A DNA stretch of 64,000 bases from Rhynchobatus australiae (Eukaryota). The translations under genes and the position numbers were made by a program. The stretch spans positions 21,913,634 through 21,977,633 of the forward strand of contig JAUZTB010000070.1 of NCBI GenBank assembly GCA_034780895.1, written 5' to 3'. Below, piece after piece: positions 24,762-38,339 of this stretch; the stretch's first letter is position 1; every line of letters starts with the position of its first letter. Below the pieces are notes generated by a model. It made no database searches and was not told where the DNA came from. It worked only from the letters and a program-made list of their open reading frames with translations.

Positions 24762-25110
24762 GATAAGATGCCTTTATTAGTCACATGTACATTGAAACAG
24801 TGAAATACACCTTTTGCATAGTGTTCTGGGGGCAGCCCGCAAGTGTTGCCACACTTCTGGTGCCAACATAGCATGCCCACAACTTCCTAACCCATACGTC
24901 TTTGGAATGTGGGAGGAAACCGGAGCANNNNNNNNNNNNNNNNNNNNNNNNNNNNNNNNNNNNNNNNNNNNNNNNNNNNNNNNNNNNNNNNNNNNNNNNN
25001 NNNNNNNNNNNNNNNNNNNNNNNNNNNGTGCCAACATAGCATGCCCACAACTTCCTAACCCATATGTCTTTGGAATGTGGAGCACCCGGAGGAAACCCAC
25101 GCAGACACAG
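24762..25110 (-). mobile_element. Young V-SINE, duplicated across a 100-N gap
   Basis: Reverse of SINE tail and body; gtgccaacatagcatgcccacaacttcctaacccata occurs on both sides of the gap. Confidence 0.85.
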
Positions 25111-26989
25111 TTGGGGGGGGGGTGGGGGGGAAGAATCGTGCAAACCCCTGTAACTGTGATAGTGTTGCTACTCTTTGGATTATCTACATGTGGTGACTGG
25201 GAAACCAGGTACACTGCTTTCATATGGCTTATGGCTTTAGATGCCAGTATATTGGTCTGGTATATCTGGCTGCTTGTATGCTTGTTGGTAGCAGGAAGAT
25301 TTGTTTTTCCAGTGAATCCTGATGAATTTAATTTGGGGTTGCAGTAGGGGCTGTGTCCAGAGCTGGTATTAGTTTGTAATGCAGAGAATTGTGTACCCTT
25401 TGAAGATGGCACTGATGTAACTCAGCACTGGCTGAAAACACCAACCTGAACTCTTCTGCCTGTTTGGGAGTGTGGTCCGTTGAATGCCAACTGTGAATTG
25501 CTGTTCCCCCAGATGGACTGGTTATGCTTGGTTAGATTCTGCTGATGGAGTAGAGATCTTTAATAGGTTTTAAATGATTTTCCCTGTAAACAGTAAAACG
25601 GATTATATTGTAGAAGATTGTTTCACTTCTGTAACGATTAGTATGGCTACAGAGCAGGGNNNNNNNNNNNNNNNNNNNNNNNNNNNNNNNNNNNNNNNNN
25701 NNNNNNNNNNNNNNNNNNNNNNNNNNNNNNNNNNNNNNNNNNNNNNNNNNNNNNNNNNNTACAGAGCAGGGCAATTGGTTTGTGGTTTATGCTGAGAAAT
25801 GGCTAGGTAAACATAAGCAAAAAAAAAATTCCAAGGATGTTTACGTAATTGAAAACACTTTATTCAGTTACCATCATTGGTGACTCTGAAGAGAAATAGC
25901 AGCTTTTTTTTGTATAGAAGTCAGTTTGGACATAATGGTATAGTGAATGAACTTGCAGAATTCCTGAACACCCATTTAAAAATTTCTTGGAAATTAAAAG
26001 TGGAGTTGGATTTGCTCAGTCAGGTTAAGCAGTGCCCTACTAAGTACTGCGTGATTGGCTTAAGGGTGGTATGAGATAGCTTTGAGATCCCTGTCTAAAA
26101 GACACATGAATGTAAGCAACTGTGGACATAGTTCTTGTTGCTACATCACCTGGTTCAATGTTTTTAACCAAAAGGCTCTCAATTGGTGGCAGATAACTCT
26201 GAAATGAGAACCAAGTCCAGGTTTCTGACCTGGCACTGATAGAGGTCAAATGGTATTGGCCAGGAGACAGAGGACCTGAACAATTATCCCCATGACTAAC
26301 ATTTTGTTCTTGTATCTAGCCACCAATGAAATGACAATCAGCAAAGTGCAGTCCCCAGATTTGTTTCCTTATTCTTTCCAACTTGCTGAGATACCTGCCA
26401 ATAAATCTGTTGATTTGTTGTCATGGAAATGGTGTGTTTTGAAACTCCTTCACCTGAGTTTTTGCTCATCCCTGACTTTCATGTAGTCTTCCATTGTCAG
26501 CTGCAGCTACAACAGTCCCAGTCCTAGAACTTGCTCTTCAATTTCTCATTTAAGACCATCCCTGAAATTTCAGATTGTCCCATTGGGCTCTGAGTTGATC
26601 TTTCTGCTTTACGGGTCTGTGAAATACCTTGGGCTATTCAATATGTTAAAGATGTTGCGTAAATGCAAACTGTAGTTCATGTTTAATTAAAAAAAAATGC
26701 CTGTGGTATTGCACTTGGCGTGCTGGAGGATGTTCTCTTTCATGACGACAGAGGTATCGTGCCTGAGAGGTATTGTCAGATACACTGATTTATGACCTGT
26801 GAATTTTGTGAAACAAAACTTGCATAAGATTTACTGTGCTGTACCATAACAACGACCTAACAGGTTTATTTACAATAATTACAAGCCTCCTTCTATTTCA
26901 CCTTGTCAGTAGAACCACCTAAGCCTGCCTGCCTTACCCCCACACCCCCCCACCCCAAAATGCAGTGCACAGCTTCCACTAAATCCATT

Positions 26990-27160
26990 GCAACAGAAAA
27001 TGCCAGAAACACTCAGTGGGTCAGGCAGCATCCATGGAAAGGGAAATGGAATTAACATTGACCCTGAAATGTAGACTGTTTCTCTCTCTACAGATGCTGA
27101 GTGTTCCCAGCATGTTCTGTTTTTATTTTGGATTTCTAGCATTTGCAGATTTTATTTTTC
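26990..27160. mobile_element. Penelope-like inverted repeat pair
   Basis: acagaaaatgccagaaacactcag...gcagcatcc versus gatgctgagtgttcccagcatgttctgt...tctagcatttgcag. Confidence 0.6.
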
Positions 27161-27664
27161 TCAACCCAATCCTGTTTGGCTGGTTTGCTGCAGAGAGGAT
27201 TTGCAAAAACATCATGTGATCTGATGGACATCACTCTGAACTACAGACTGTGCACCTTGGGCAATTAATTATAAATTGAGATTGTAACTTTTGTATTTCA
27301 GGTCATTGGATTTTAAGTCCCTCTTTAACATTTCCCCCTCCCTCAAAGTTTCCATTTCTGCATTTAGCTTGTATCCAACATGCCAAGAGAATGCAAGGAT
27401 GTGTTTAAAGCAGTGCCATTGCTGCTTTTCTCAGCAGGGCTCTCCTCCTCCTGATGGTACTTGGTCACCTGATACTATTATGTGTCATCATGCAAGAGTA
27501 GGACTGAATTCAGCCTTGGTGGCCAAAGGCCCAATGAACATTCTTAATGTTGCAAATTGATGTTCGCGCACGGTATTCCATGACCCTCTGCATCAGCCTC
27601 AAGTCTCTGACTTGCCCTCCTTGCCAGCTCGTCAACTACCTTTTTGTGCTTCCTGATTGGGAAT

Positions 27665-27920
27665 AGGCATGGTACTGTAGCGGTTAGCGTAATGCTATTA
27701 CAGTGCCGGTGACCCGGGTTCAATTCTGGCTGCTGTCTGTTCTCCCTGTGACTGCATGGGTTTCCTCCCACATTCCAAAGATATACGGGTTAGGAAGTTG
27801 TGGGCATGCTATATTGGTGCCAGAAGCGGTGACACTTGCAGGCTGCCCCCAGAACACTCTATGCAAAAAGATGTATTTCACTGTGTTTCGATGTACATGT
27901 GACTAATAAGATATCTTCTT
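27665..27920 (+). mobile_element. Young V-SINE with small internal deletions
   Basis: ggcatggtactgtagcggttagcgtaatgctattacagtgcc...cccgggttcaattc...tgtacatgtgactaataagatatctt. Confidence 0.88.
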
Positions 27921-29244
27921 GGCATGGGCACATACCTCTGTTTGGAGGTTAATGTACCCTGCTGAAAGGTGGACATGCATGGCATCAAGCTAAGGAAAGA
28001 GCAAGAACGGGCACTTGAGTCAGTTATCAAAAGATATGTGCAAGTAACTCAGCCCCAGAGAGAGACCCTGGCAGCAGGGGAGGTGGGGAGCCATTTGGAA
28101 GGGAGATTGAAATTGCTAGCGCTAGCATGAACTAATTTACACATCACTTCCCTCTCCACCCAAACTGGGACTGGGTGGGTATTTGTGAACCTTCTGTTTT
28201 TGTGTATGGGTGTGAAAGATACTGTGAATACAGAGTGCAAAAGGACATCAGAGTTTCGTGTTCAGTTAAAGCAAAAATAGTGATGCCATGTATTCCAAAA
28301 GCATGTGTTGACAGGTTATTTACAAGTGTTTGTGTGCATTGTCCTAATATTATTCAATGAACCTTTACTGAGTTTATTATCTAAGCAAAGTTGGGAAATG
28401 TAGGATTAAAATTGTACTGATTTTTAGCAGACTAATGAAAACCCAAGTATGTGTCAGAACTAAAGATGCTGAACATTTGCCCCAGCAGATGTTTTCTGCT
28501 TTAATCTCGAGCAGCAGGAAATGACATATGCCCTGTGTTAACAGCTTTGCTCTTTAGGAAGCACTGCCAGCAAATACAGCGGCAGTCCAGGCTATTGAGG
28601 GAACATCAGCGAATGTAATTAAGAGCAGCTAATTAGTTCCCAGCTACTTTTGGGGTTGTAGACTGGAAATGCTGTTTGGGAATGTGGAGGAGGTGGTGCA
28701 GAAGACACGTTCTTAAAGCACTTGACAAATCTGAAGTATATACATTGGTTGATCAAGTGCTAAATGATGGTCTCAAATCTTAGGTTGCTACAAGCATTCA
28801 AAGGCACCTCCTTTGTAAAAGGAAAGGCTTTTATTTAACAATGCAACATGCCTGTTTTTCAAATGTTTTCTTATTAAATGAATTCATATCTGTCAGTGAA
28901 ATGCATACAATATTGTATCAATCATGTTTCCTCCATCTTGTCCTGTTTCTTCGCATCCTTTAATTTCCACCCCCCCCAGGTATTGTCTAAAGTGCACAGA
29001 CTACATGCATTCTGTTCATCTATTACATGGAGTCACTGTTCAGGCAACACGTAAACTTACGAGGCTGCTCTCCATGTATAGTGATATCAAATGGCATACA
29101 ACAGTTGTTTTGACGTCACTTGTACTATATCCTCTTGCGCATCTGAGTCCTGCGAATGGTGCTGGGGAATCTCACTGAAGCAGATCTTAACAGTGCAGTT
29201 GAGACTTCCACCTATATTATTTAAAAAGGGTCAACCTTCCTTGG

Positions 29245-29920
29245 AGTCATAGAGCGTGGAAAGAGGCCATTCAGCCCAACATATCCATACAGATGAATGG
29301 GCACCCATCTACATTAATCCCATCTTCTAGCACCTGGCCATAGCCTTCTGTGCCTAGGTGATTCAAGTGCTCATCTGGACACTTAGTAAATGCCATCAAG
29401 TGACTCTGCTTCCACTATTCTCTTCAGTAGTACATTCCAGGTACTTGCCACCCTGGGTGAAAAAGGTTCCCTCAATCCCCTCTGAATCTCTTGCCTCTTA
29501 TCCTAAATATATGCCCTCTAGTTTTAACTCCTAATAATGGGAATAAGCTTCCTGCAGTCTACCCTGATAATACCTCTCATAATTTTACATACCTCAATCA
29601 TGTCCCCCACTCCCCACTTAAGCTGCTCCACTCCCGGAAGAACAGACCTAGCCTGTTCAGTTTCTCCTTGTAACGGGAGTGCTCCATCCCAGCCAACATC
29701 CTAGTGAATCTCCTCTGCACTCTTTCGTCTGTTTCCTATGGTGTGGTGACCAGAGCTGCACACAGTACTGCAGCTGAGGTCTGACCAATGTTTTATAAAG
29801 ATGGAGAGAGAATAGCCTCCCTGCTCTTGTATTCAGTGCCCTGCCAAACAAAGACCAGTAACCCATATGCTGTCTTTAACTACGTTATCTACCTGCACTG
29901 CTGCCTTCAAGGATATTTGT
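29245..29920 (-). mobile_element. CR1 LINE 3' portion
   Basis: Minus ORF contains LYKTLVRPQLQYCVQLWSPHHRK (CR1 ORF2 hallmark); CR1-type 3' UTR at ~29245-29350. Confidence 0.9.
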
Positions 29921-31044
29921 TCCATAGCCATCAATCCATTTTCTTTTAAGAGTTCCTATTTCTGTTTGCTTAAACCCACCCTCCCGTTGTTTGTTTGGGC
30001 CCACTTGCCGCTGCTATCCCTGACTATCATCATGTGCATACCTCTGGAATCTGGCCTGATTGCATCATTGTCCCACCCAACCTAATTATGTCCCCAAACA
30101 TTTGAAATCCTGATCCAACAATTGCTGCCCCAAAACTGTTTCCCCAGCTTCAAACATCCTCTGACTGCTCCCACTAAATGGTGGATTCTGCAGACTGGTT
30201 GACCATTGAAGTGTTTTCCATTGCTCACACTGTCTTGGCCTTGCAATTAAATATTATGCCCAGAGGACTTTGAACAGCAATGGCATGAGCTCTTGTATTG
30301 AGCAGCTTTTTAACATCTCTTGAGGAACTAAACAATTTCTGGATGGATGTGTTTTTTTTCCATCTGTGCATTTACATTAAGCTGCTTCCCCTCTCACTCC
30401 TCCCATTCCTCAATATCTTGGCATACAGGCAGGCCCTGCCCACTATTTTTACTGTGTTTTGGCCAATATGGCATTTAAGCCAGGTGTCAGATGGCAAGTA
30501 TATTAATACCTCTTGGTGTGACATACCCTTTGCTTCATCCTTCTGTGGGAAAGCAGCAGACCTCATCCTCTGTGAATCTACTCAATGGTTTTTGGTGCTC
30601 TTAATAAATCTTTGTTAGAATTGAGTGTTTTGCCTGGGAGTATTTTGGTCTGTAAATGGATGGCTGGTAAAGTTTAGTAGGCAGCATAGCAAAGGATGCA
30701 AATATTCTTGGATCACCAAGAGCTCAATTCTCACGTGTTGGAGATAGTCACTTGTAATCAAACTGGGTCTGTGCTGCTGTTATCAACAATGACAGTTTTG
30801 TCTTTTAATAGCATTGGGGGTTGTGTAGAAAAATGACTTGTGTGCCTTCTAATGTGTTGTAGTCAAATGACACAACTATAATGCTCGCTAGTACTAGTTT
30901 TTCATTTAAATCTTTCGTCATAGAAGCTTCTAAAGTGTCAACCTATTCAGTGCCACTCAGATTGTAGGTCAGTCATGCACTTGAGCTCCCTNNNNNNNNN
31001 NNNNNNNNNNNNNNNNNNNNNNNNNNNNNNNNNNNNNNNNNNNN

Positions 31045-31300
31045 CAAATGGTAAAATCAAGGCCCCATTTGTCAGGTGAGCAGTAACAATTCCACAGCCC
31101 AAAGATTGGAGTTATCCTGGTATCCCAGCCAAAAACTACTACAACTTCAGTATTCCTGAAGTATCGATTTATCCAGTCACTTGGTGTATGTGAGGAGCTG
31201 CTATGTGCAATTTCCCTGTGTTACCACTGTAATTATGTTTCAAAGTATTGGGTCTAGAACAATTTGGAACATGAAAGAGTATGCAAAAGTCTTTTTCTAT
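31045..31300 (+). mobile_element. DeuSINE-like fragment
   Basis: aaaatcaaggccccatttgtcaggtg...ggagttatcctggtatcccagccaa...tgtgaggagctgctatgtgcaa. Confidence 0.5.
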
Positions 31301-32269
31301 AATCTTACTAAGAAACTGGATGATTTAACTGCTGTATCATGTAATTGTAGAATTTTGCACATTACCCTAGAATTAGGAAATTGGTATCAGTTTCCCATCC
31401 TGGGGCATGGAAGGAAAAGATTTTACCTGGGTATCGCAAAGATAAGTTGTGGTGGGAGATATCAAGAACTTTTAATGCCTTTTCTTTCTGCCTGTTCTGA
31501 TTTCTTTTTAGGGAGTGCAATTTACCGAAGCAGTTCAAACATGTAAATGGATACTTCAGCCCCACCCTCTCCTGAGGATAGCGAATACTGACAAACATCT
31601 GTGCCTAATTGGGGAAATATTTCCAACCCCACAGTATTGAGTTAACTCCAGGGGACCACTTTTCCCTCGGGGAGGGGGGGGGGTGGTGTGGTGCGAAGGG
31701 GCAGGGTTAATCAGGATAAAGAGCAAGTGAGGTTTTATAGGAAGACGTTTCCATTGCCTGGGACAGAAAGTTAGTTAAAAAAGAAAACTGAGTTCTTGTG
31801 ATCCCTTTCATAACCTCCAGAGATTCAGACACACTTTGCAGCCCATAAAGTACTTTTCAAGTGTGTTCACTGTTGTAATTCAGCAGCCAGTTAGAGTAGG
31901 TGATCAAGTTAAGAATGTCAAAAGGGAAAAAGCGACTAGGATGAATTAGTTGCAAGTTGGGTTGATGAGGGCCAAGTTCGAAGATCAGTGATCATCAAGG
32001 TACTAATAAAACACAACACACAAGACTAGGGTTAAGGCACAAACTTGATTAGACCTTCTGCAGTTGACTCAATTACAGAGCACTGGTAGCTAGCTTTCAT
32101 GCAGCTGAAGGTATACCAGGCATCTGGTTTTATTCATACTAAACTTTAAAGGATTTGTATGAAATCACAAACACTTGACTAAGTGAGGTCAGCCACAGAA
32201 CTGATGGACTGTAAATTGCAAATTATAATGTAGCTCTGGCAGCTTTGTTTGTTTACTCCCATAAATCAT

Positions 32270-32860
32270 TACAATCTGCAGGTTGGACTCAGCACCTTGT
32301 ATGGATCTGCCTCTCGGTTGTGGTAGTTTGGAGTCCTATAATTACCTTTTATATTTGCAACCACCCTGTCCCCATTTGGCCCTGAAGAGAGCTCTGACCC
32401 CCACATCTGTTCCATTCCCAAAACTACTCCCTCTGTAACAGTGACCACTTTTCTCTTCTTAAAAACCCTCATCTGTTCTACTCCTGGCCCGGACTTCATT
32501 TTTCTAATGCCATCCTGCTTAACTTCCCATGTTCCATCTTGTGTGAATTTGGGTTCCTCCAAACTTCTGCTTGCGCTCAAAGTCCACTTTGCCCTTCACC
32601 TCTGGACACACCTGGTCTGATAAAGTGGATATTCTCATCGCTCCATGACTGCTCCCCTTCCCACCTCTTCCTGACCTGCAACCTCCTGCTGAAATCCAAT
32701 GAAGGCCTCTTCCTCTTTGATTTTATTAGCTCCTGTGCTTTTAGTTGCATGGGTCCTAACCACTGGTTTCCCTCCTTAAACAACCTGCCTTTTTAATCCC
32801 ATTGTTCTAATATCACTTGCGGTTTGGTGTCAAACTACTTGATGAATCTCCTGTGAAAGG
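32270..32860 (+). mobile_element. Decayed L2-like LINE fragment
   Basis: Pyrimidine-rich; ccatcctgcttaacttccc...cctccaaacttctgcttgc...cctcttcctctttga...ctccttaaacaacctgcc. Confidence 0.45.
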
Positions 32861-32869
32861 AAAGGTGGG

Positions 32870-33545
32870 CAAATCTGCATTTATTTAGCATGCTTCATGG
32901 ATTCTGGTTGTCCAACAGGACATTACACCAGTGAAGTACTTTTGAAGAGTTGCCATTGTTTTAATGTCAGAAACATCAATTAATTTGTGCATAGAAAACT
33001 CCCACAAATATTGTTAATGTTGTGATGAACAAGGAACTATTAGTGGCCCAAATACACCAATGCATTTCAAGAAGTCAAGTTTGTCATATACACAAGTACA
33101 GGTATGCCCAGGTGCAATGAAAAACTTACTTGCAGCAGCATTGCAGGTATATAGCATCAGATAAATGGCATTCACAAGAAAAACATAAACAAAATGTACA
33201 TAAGTTTCATAAGAAAACACAATTAGAACAAAAGCCAAAGTGCATTTTAGTGCGAAGTTGTTAGTGGTCATAGTGTTATACTGAGTTAGTGGTTAGGGTT
33301 GTGCAGGTTGGTTCAAGAACTGAATGGTTGAAGGGAAGTAGCTGTTCTTGAACCTGGTGGGTATGGGACTTCGGGCTTCCGTACCATTCGTTAACATTAC
33401 TTGAAAGATGGCACCCTTTTGATTGTGCCACACTCCCTCACAACTAAATTGTCAGCTGAAATTTTACTATTGAAGTCTCAGGAGTGGGTCTTGGATCCAT
33501 ACCTTCCTTTGCTGTGGCAAGAGATGACACTTGACTAGGGTTAAA
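32870..33545 (-). mobile_element. DeuSINE-like element split by a Rex-like LINE 3' end (~33070-33385)
   Basis: SINE tail (gaagtacttttgaag...tttgtgcatagaaaactccca) at 32930-33005 and head (gaaagatggcaccct...ctcaggagtgggtcttg) at 33400-33500. Between them lies the insert aagtcaagtttgtcatatacacaagtac...gaagtagctgttcttgaacctggtgg. Confidence 0.6.
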
Positions 33546-35089
33546 CAGAATGATGTGAGCTAATTGTCTTGGGACAATACACCAATAAGTTCTCAGTATG
33601 TTTTGTTTCAGTGAAGTGTATTGGAAGGTGCTGAATCAATACAGGTCCTTCTTTGGGGCTACCCCTTTCCAAGGGCTGTTTGATACATGGGTTAATTGGC
33701 CATAGGTGGCACTTTCAATAGCCTAGTTTGGGGTGGTGTGTGAGGGGAAGGCATATATCAACACTTTTGGATTTAAAAGGTTTGGAATCAACAAGGCATT
33801 TTAAAAAAGAAGCATAATAAAGGTATATAAAAGGAAGTGAAGTTCTTTGGTTTATTTCATAGAATTTTCAATTGTCCCAAAAATAAATTAACTGGTAATG
33901 TAACCCTCTCAAAAACCATTGGCTTTACAAAATGGTTGAAATCAATGTAGCTGATTGCATCAAGTACCCACAATCACTGCCACCAATAATCTGAATAAAT
34001 AAGGATTCTGGCCTGTGATCTACAACTTTCAGATGATCATGTCCCCTTTAAAGATGTGCACAATCAACAGCTGTGATTGTAGCTCAAGGGAATTGGGAAG
34101 AGGAGAGGTCTTTGTCTCATTTGAGCTGATCTTTTGGTAAATGTAAGCCTAGATGGTGTTGACGTGCAGTTATGGTCTGAAGTAAAAATTGATAATGTAG
34201 TGTGACACATAACTGGCCTCAAGCCACTGCATTCAGTTCTGAAGTGCAGGGAGTGAGGAAGAATGAACAGATTCGTTCAAAGGTTACAGCAGTGTACTGG
34301 GTCTATAGGGGCAAAAACCTGAAAATGACCAGCTCTTCTCTTTCGGTGTCTAAACACAGGGAGGTGAAAGGTGGGTTCACGTTCCCAGATGTCAATTCAA
34401 GTCTGATGTACTGTTATAAATATCTCCTTTTTGATTCCTCAAAACCCCTCCAATTGGGAATGTGACGGTAATTTGAGTGAAGGAGATCTGGGTTCTTGTG
34501 GCAGCAATTGTGGGAGATAGAAGACATATTTCCTCCCCACTGAGAGCAGTGTTGCAACCCTAACCCATGATTTACATTGAACTATTAGTTACTGTCTTGC
34601 TATCTTTCCCAACCCAGCTCTCCAGCACCCATCTACACAACCACTTCCCCAGGTTGGACTGCCTGTTTGACATAAATGTTGTGAAAGAGTGACAACTTCC
34701 TCAAATTCAGCACTTAAGAGCCACAGCTGCTGCTGTCATTGTTCCCAGCATAAGCTCCAATCCTCTGCTGTAGCTTCTGTCCAACCCTGCTGCTGTCCTG
34801 CTTGAAGTTGTGATGAGTTTCAAGCCTGATTTGTTTTCCTTTCTATTACCAAGGGTGCTTTCCCCTCACCCTTGCAATTTTGCCTGCTTCCATGCAGCTC
34901 CAACCCCTTTTGGTAAAGTTGGTGTCATCCTAGTCTTCAAATCTCTACAATCTCCTCCAACCCCATCATTGAAATCCCTTCTGGCTTTGTAACCATCTTG
35001 AGCTTCATCTTTTTGTGCATTGTTTGTTCTATTGCCTGTTTCCCCACAGCTTCATCCATTGGGGTGGGGGAGGCAAGAAAGACCAAGCA

Positions 35090-35262
35090 AAGTCATAATA
35101 ACAGCATTTAAAAGACATTTGGACAAGTGCATGAATAGGAAAGGTTTAGAGGAATATGGGTGAAGTGCTGGCAAATGGGATTAGGTTGGGTGGTCATCTC
35201 CATCAGTGTGGATGAGTTGGGCTGAAGGGCCTGTTCATATGTTGTATGACTCTTGACTCTGT
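35090..35262 (+). mobile_element. CR1 3' end
   Basis: catttaaaagacatttggacaagtgcatgaataggaaaggtttagagg...gggctgaagggcctgtt...atgactcttgactct. Confidence 0.85.
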
Positions 35263-35849
35263 GTATATGCATTTGCCATGCACATGAGTTAAGTCTGTGC
35301 AGTAGAGCCTGATATCCATTCTCTTGGACCTCTGCCATTAAGCCGAAACTTTGCTCTGTAAAGTCTGAGCTGAGTGTTTGCAATGGCCACCCCATTTTCA
35401 AAAGTTGTGCACAGGCATTTTCCACTGGAATGAAGCAAGTAACCTTCAACTCTGAGGAATTGTCTAAATCTGTGGAGCTTATTCTCTAAATCTTGCTTTT
35501 CCTCTCCATTTTAAAAATCTGCTTAAAATGGGTAGCTTTGTCAATGTCTCTTTCCATCCTTCCAGTTGGGCTCCATGGCTGCTACACCATTTTTCCAACT
35601 GCACCTTGGTATCTTAGCACTTTTTAAATGTTAGAACTACTGCATGATTCTGTTATTAATTATAAGATCTGTTGGGCAGTGTGGTGACCTTTTGGCTGAT
35701 CTTGATACGTTTATTATACTGTCCAATGTGGTGTCTTTCAAGTATAGTCATCAGTTTCATTCTGCTACAGTAGGGAAAAATAGTATTTGTGTACATTCAG
35801 TAGTGAGTTGTACTTTTGGATTCCTCTTGTCATATCCCACTGAAGATTT

Positions 35850-36530
35850 GGCAGCATTGTTCTTGAGGTCATGCACAGGCATCTTTGAGAGCCTGCAGTT
35901 CCCACAACATGCTCACTGAGTGATTTGCTTCCTCTCCAAATTTGTGGGTTCTGAGGAGGTTGTTGTGGAAACTGCAAGTTCTCCCATTGATCTGGCAGGT
36001 GATGGTTGATGAAACAGAAGGGTGTGGTTTGTGAGACTATCAGTTCCTTCTACAGCTTGCCTGGGGCCTTTGTAATTTTGAGGTTGTCAATACCATCGCA
36101 AATGCCACTCCTCCACTTTGAGCATTCATGGGCTAGAGATTCCAGGAGTCAGGGTTATTGCTATCATCAAGGAAACTTTGTGCACATCCTTGAATCTTTT
36201 TCTCCTGTCCACTTGGTAATTGCTTCCAATTACTGAGCTTGGAGTGGTGTCTTTTTTGGGAGTCTCAAAGCAGTGTGGTTTGCCCAACATAACTGACTGA
36301 ATGTAACTAGGAACTCTATACTGGGGATATTGTCCTTGGAGAGGGAAATGACAATGCTTTGCTTACACTTCCAGTGAATTTGAAGGAATTTGCAGAGACG
36401 ATGCAGATTTTTAAACAATTTTTTTTCCCCAGTGCCTTGAGATATTTACTGTAGGTAGTCCAATCCTGGAAGCATACAAGGACTGGATCACTGCTGCCTA
36501 TTAGACCTTGTTTAGTGCCAGCCTTAGAAG
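35850..36530 (-). mobile_element. RTE-clade LINE 3' fragment
   Basis: Minus translation HRLCKFLQIHWK...LSKDNIPSIE..TFSQLCWANH..RLPK resembles the RTE ORF C-terminus (CLRKILQIHW...ANIPSIE...QLRWAGH...RLPK). Confidence 0.7.
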
Positions 36531-36994
36531 ATTAAGAGGCTAAGTTCTAACTTTGCAACATACTGCACATTTACTTTCCTCTGGCTCAAATTAAATGATC
36601 AATTTCTCATTTCCTTTACAAAAGGAAAGACTTGCCCTTTATGTAACACATTTATAATAACCTCAAATCCTTCACAGCTAATGAAGTACTTTTGAAATGT
36701 GTTATAGAAAACCCAGCAACCAATTTCTACACAGCAAGCTCCCACAAACATTTGTTTATAATGCTAGTGGAGAGAGAAAGGCACTTTATTGGTGGCAGTG
36801 CTGTTATGTAACAGCACATGCCCTGATTTCTACAGGCAATGCCAAGGGGAAATCAGCTACCAGAAGATGTTGCTGTTGCTATTTTAGTGCTGCTTGTGGT
36901 GTAACAGGCTTGTTTGGTAAACTTGTCATTGGTTCCTGTACTTCTGTCATAGTTTCATGTAAAGATATTAAGCTGTTTTCCTTTCAAATTGCAG

Positions 36995-37058
36995 TCTCAA
37001 GCTGGAATGTGAGAAGTTGGCCAGTGAAAAGACAGAAATGCAACGGCATTACGTCATG
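36995..37058 (+). CDS. TLE2: TLE coding exon 3 ([22 protein letters not shown])
   Basis: Acceptor ttttcctttcaaattgcag|T, 64 nt, donor ATG|gtatgt. Completes the Ser codon AG|T from exon 2. [12 protein letters not shown] is the TLE1/2/4 type rather than TLE3 (LKVEYDKLANEK). Confidence 0.96.
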
Positions 37059-38339
37059 GTATGTACTCAAGTATGTATGCCAATAACATCCATTATTGTT
37101 TCCAAAATACATTGGGGGTGGGTGGGGGGTGTATCTGTTCAATGTAATTGTCGCTCATCTTGCTTTTTTTTTAAAGATCATCCTACTGTTTGAGATTGCT
37201 CTCAGTTTGGGTTATCTGGGGTTTATGTGGCCACTTCATTTGCTAAAGGGTGTTAAATTACCTGCTTCAGGCAGGTAATATTATGCATTGCTAAACACTG
37301 GAAGAGCTTCCTGTTAGGGGTTGTTGATACATGCCTGAGGTGAACCAAAAACTACAGCAAGAATTCTTTTTCCATTTGAAATGTTTATTGAGTTAAATCT
37401 GGTTGACTAAACAATTACGTAGTTCACTTTACAAGATAAATATACTGAGCTGTCAGTATATTTTGTCCATGACACTCCAAGCTCAAAGGCAGGAAGACTC
37501 TAGGCTTGTCTTGAAATTAATTGATTAGTCAAGGTGGTTAGAATGTGGAACCCTGGCTAGTCCAATGTGGGCTTGGTGTTGATAGATTAAAGCCAGGGGG
37601 ATTACATTGGGAAGAACAGAAGGAATTTTCCCTTTGGGTGGTAGGTATTNNNNNNNNNNNNNNNNNNNNNNNNNNNNNNNNNNNNNNNNNNNNNNNNNNN
37701 NNNNNNNNNNNNNNNNNNNNNNNNNNNNNNNNNNNNNNNNNNNNNNNNNNNNNNNNNNNNNNNNNNNNNNNNNNNNNNNNNNNNNNNNNNNNNNNNNNNN
37801 NNNNNNNNNNNNNNNNNNNNNNNNNNNNNNNNNNNNNNNNNNNNNNNNNNNNNNNNNNNNNNNNNNNNNNNNNNNNNNNNNNNNNNNNNNNNNNNNNNNN
37901 NNNNNNNNNNNNNNNNNNNNNNNNNNNNNNNNNNNNNNNNNNNNNNNNNNNNNNNNNNNNNNNNNNNNNNNNNNNNNNNNNNNNNNNNNNNNNNNNNNNN
38001 NNNNNNNNNNNNNNNNNNNNNNNNNNNNNNNNNNNNNNNCCTAAACTATTTCAGACCACCTGGTTTAAAAAGTACAGCCACAGTATTATTGGCTAGAGTC
38101 CCGGGAAGGTGACCTGATGAAGGGACAGTGAAGTCAGTATACTGTGCAATTTGGAGAGGCACTTCCAGCTGATGTCATACTCTTGTCTTTTGTGCGTGCC
38201 TTTTTAGCCAATAGACATCATGCAATATGTTAAATGAGTGAGATGCAGAGAAGCTTGTGTAGTGTGAATGCCAGTGTAGGCAGTCTGGTTCTGGATGGGA
38301 TATATGACTGGTTCCTGTCCTGAAAAACTGAGTGCAAAA

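Noticed and set aside
36697-37086. 129-aa ORF overlapping exon 3
   Set aside because: It is in a different frame from the TLE exon and begins in a SINE remnant; a chance ORF.
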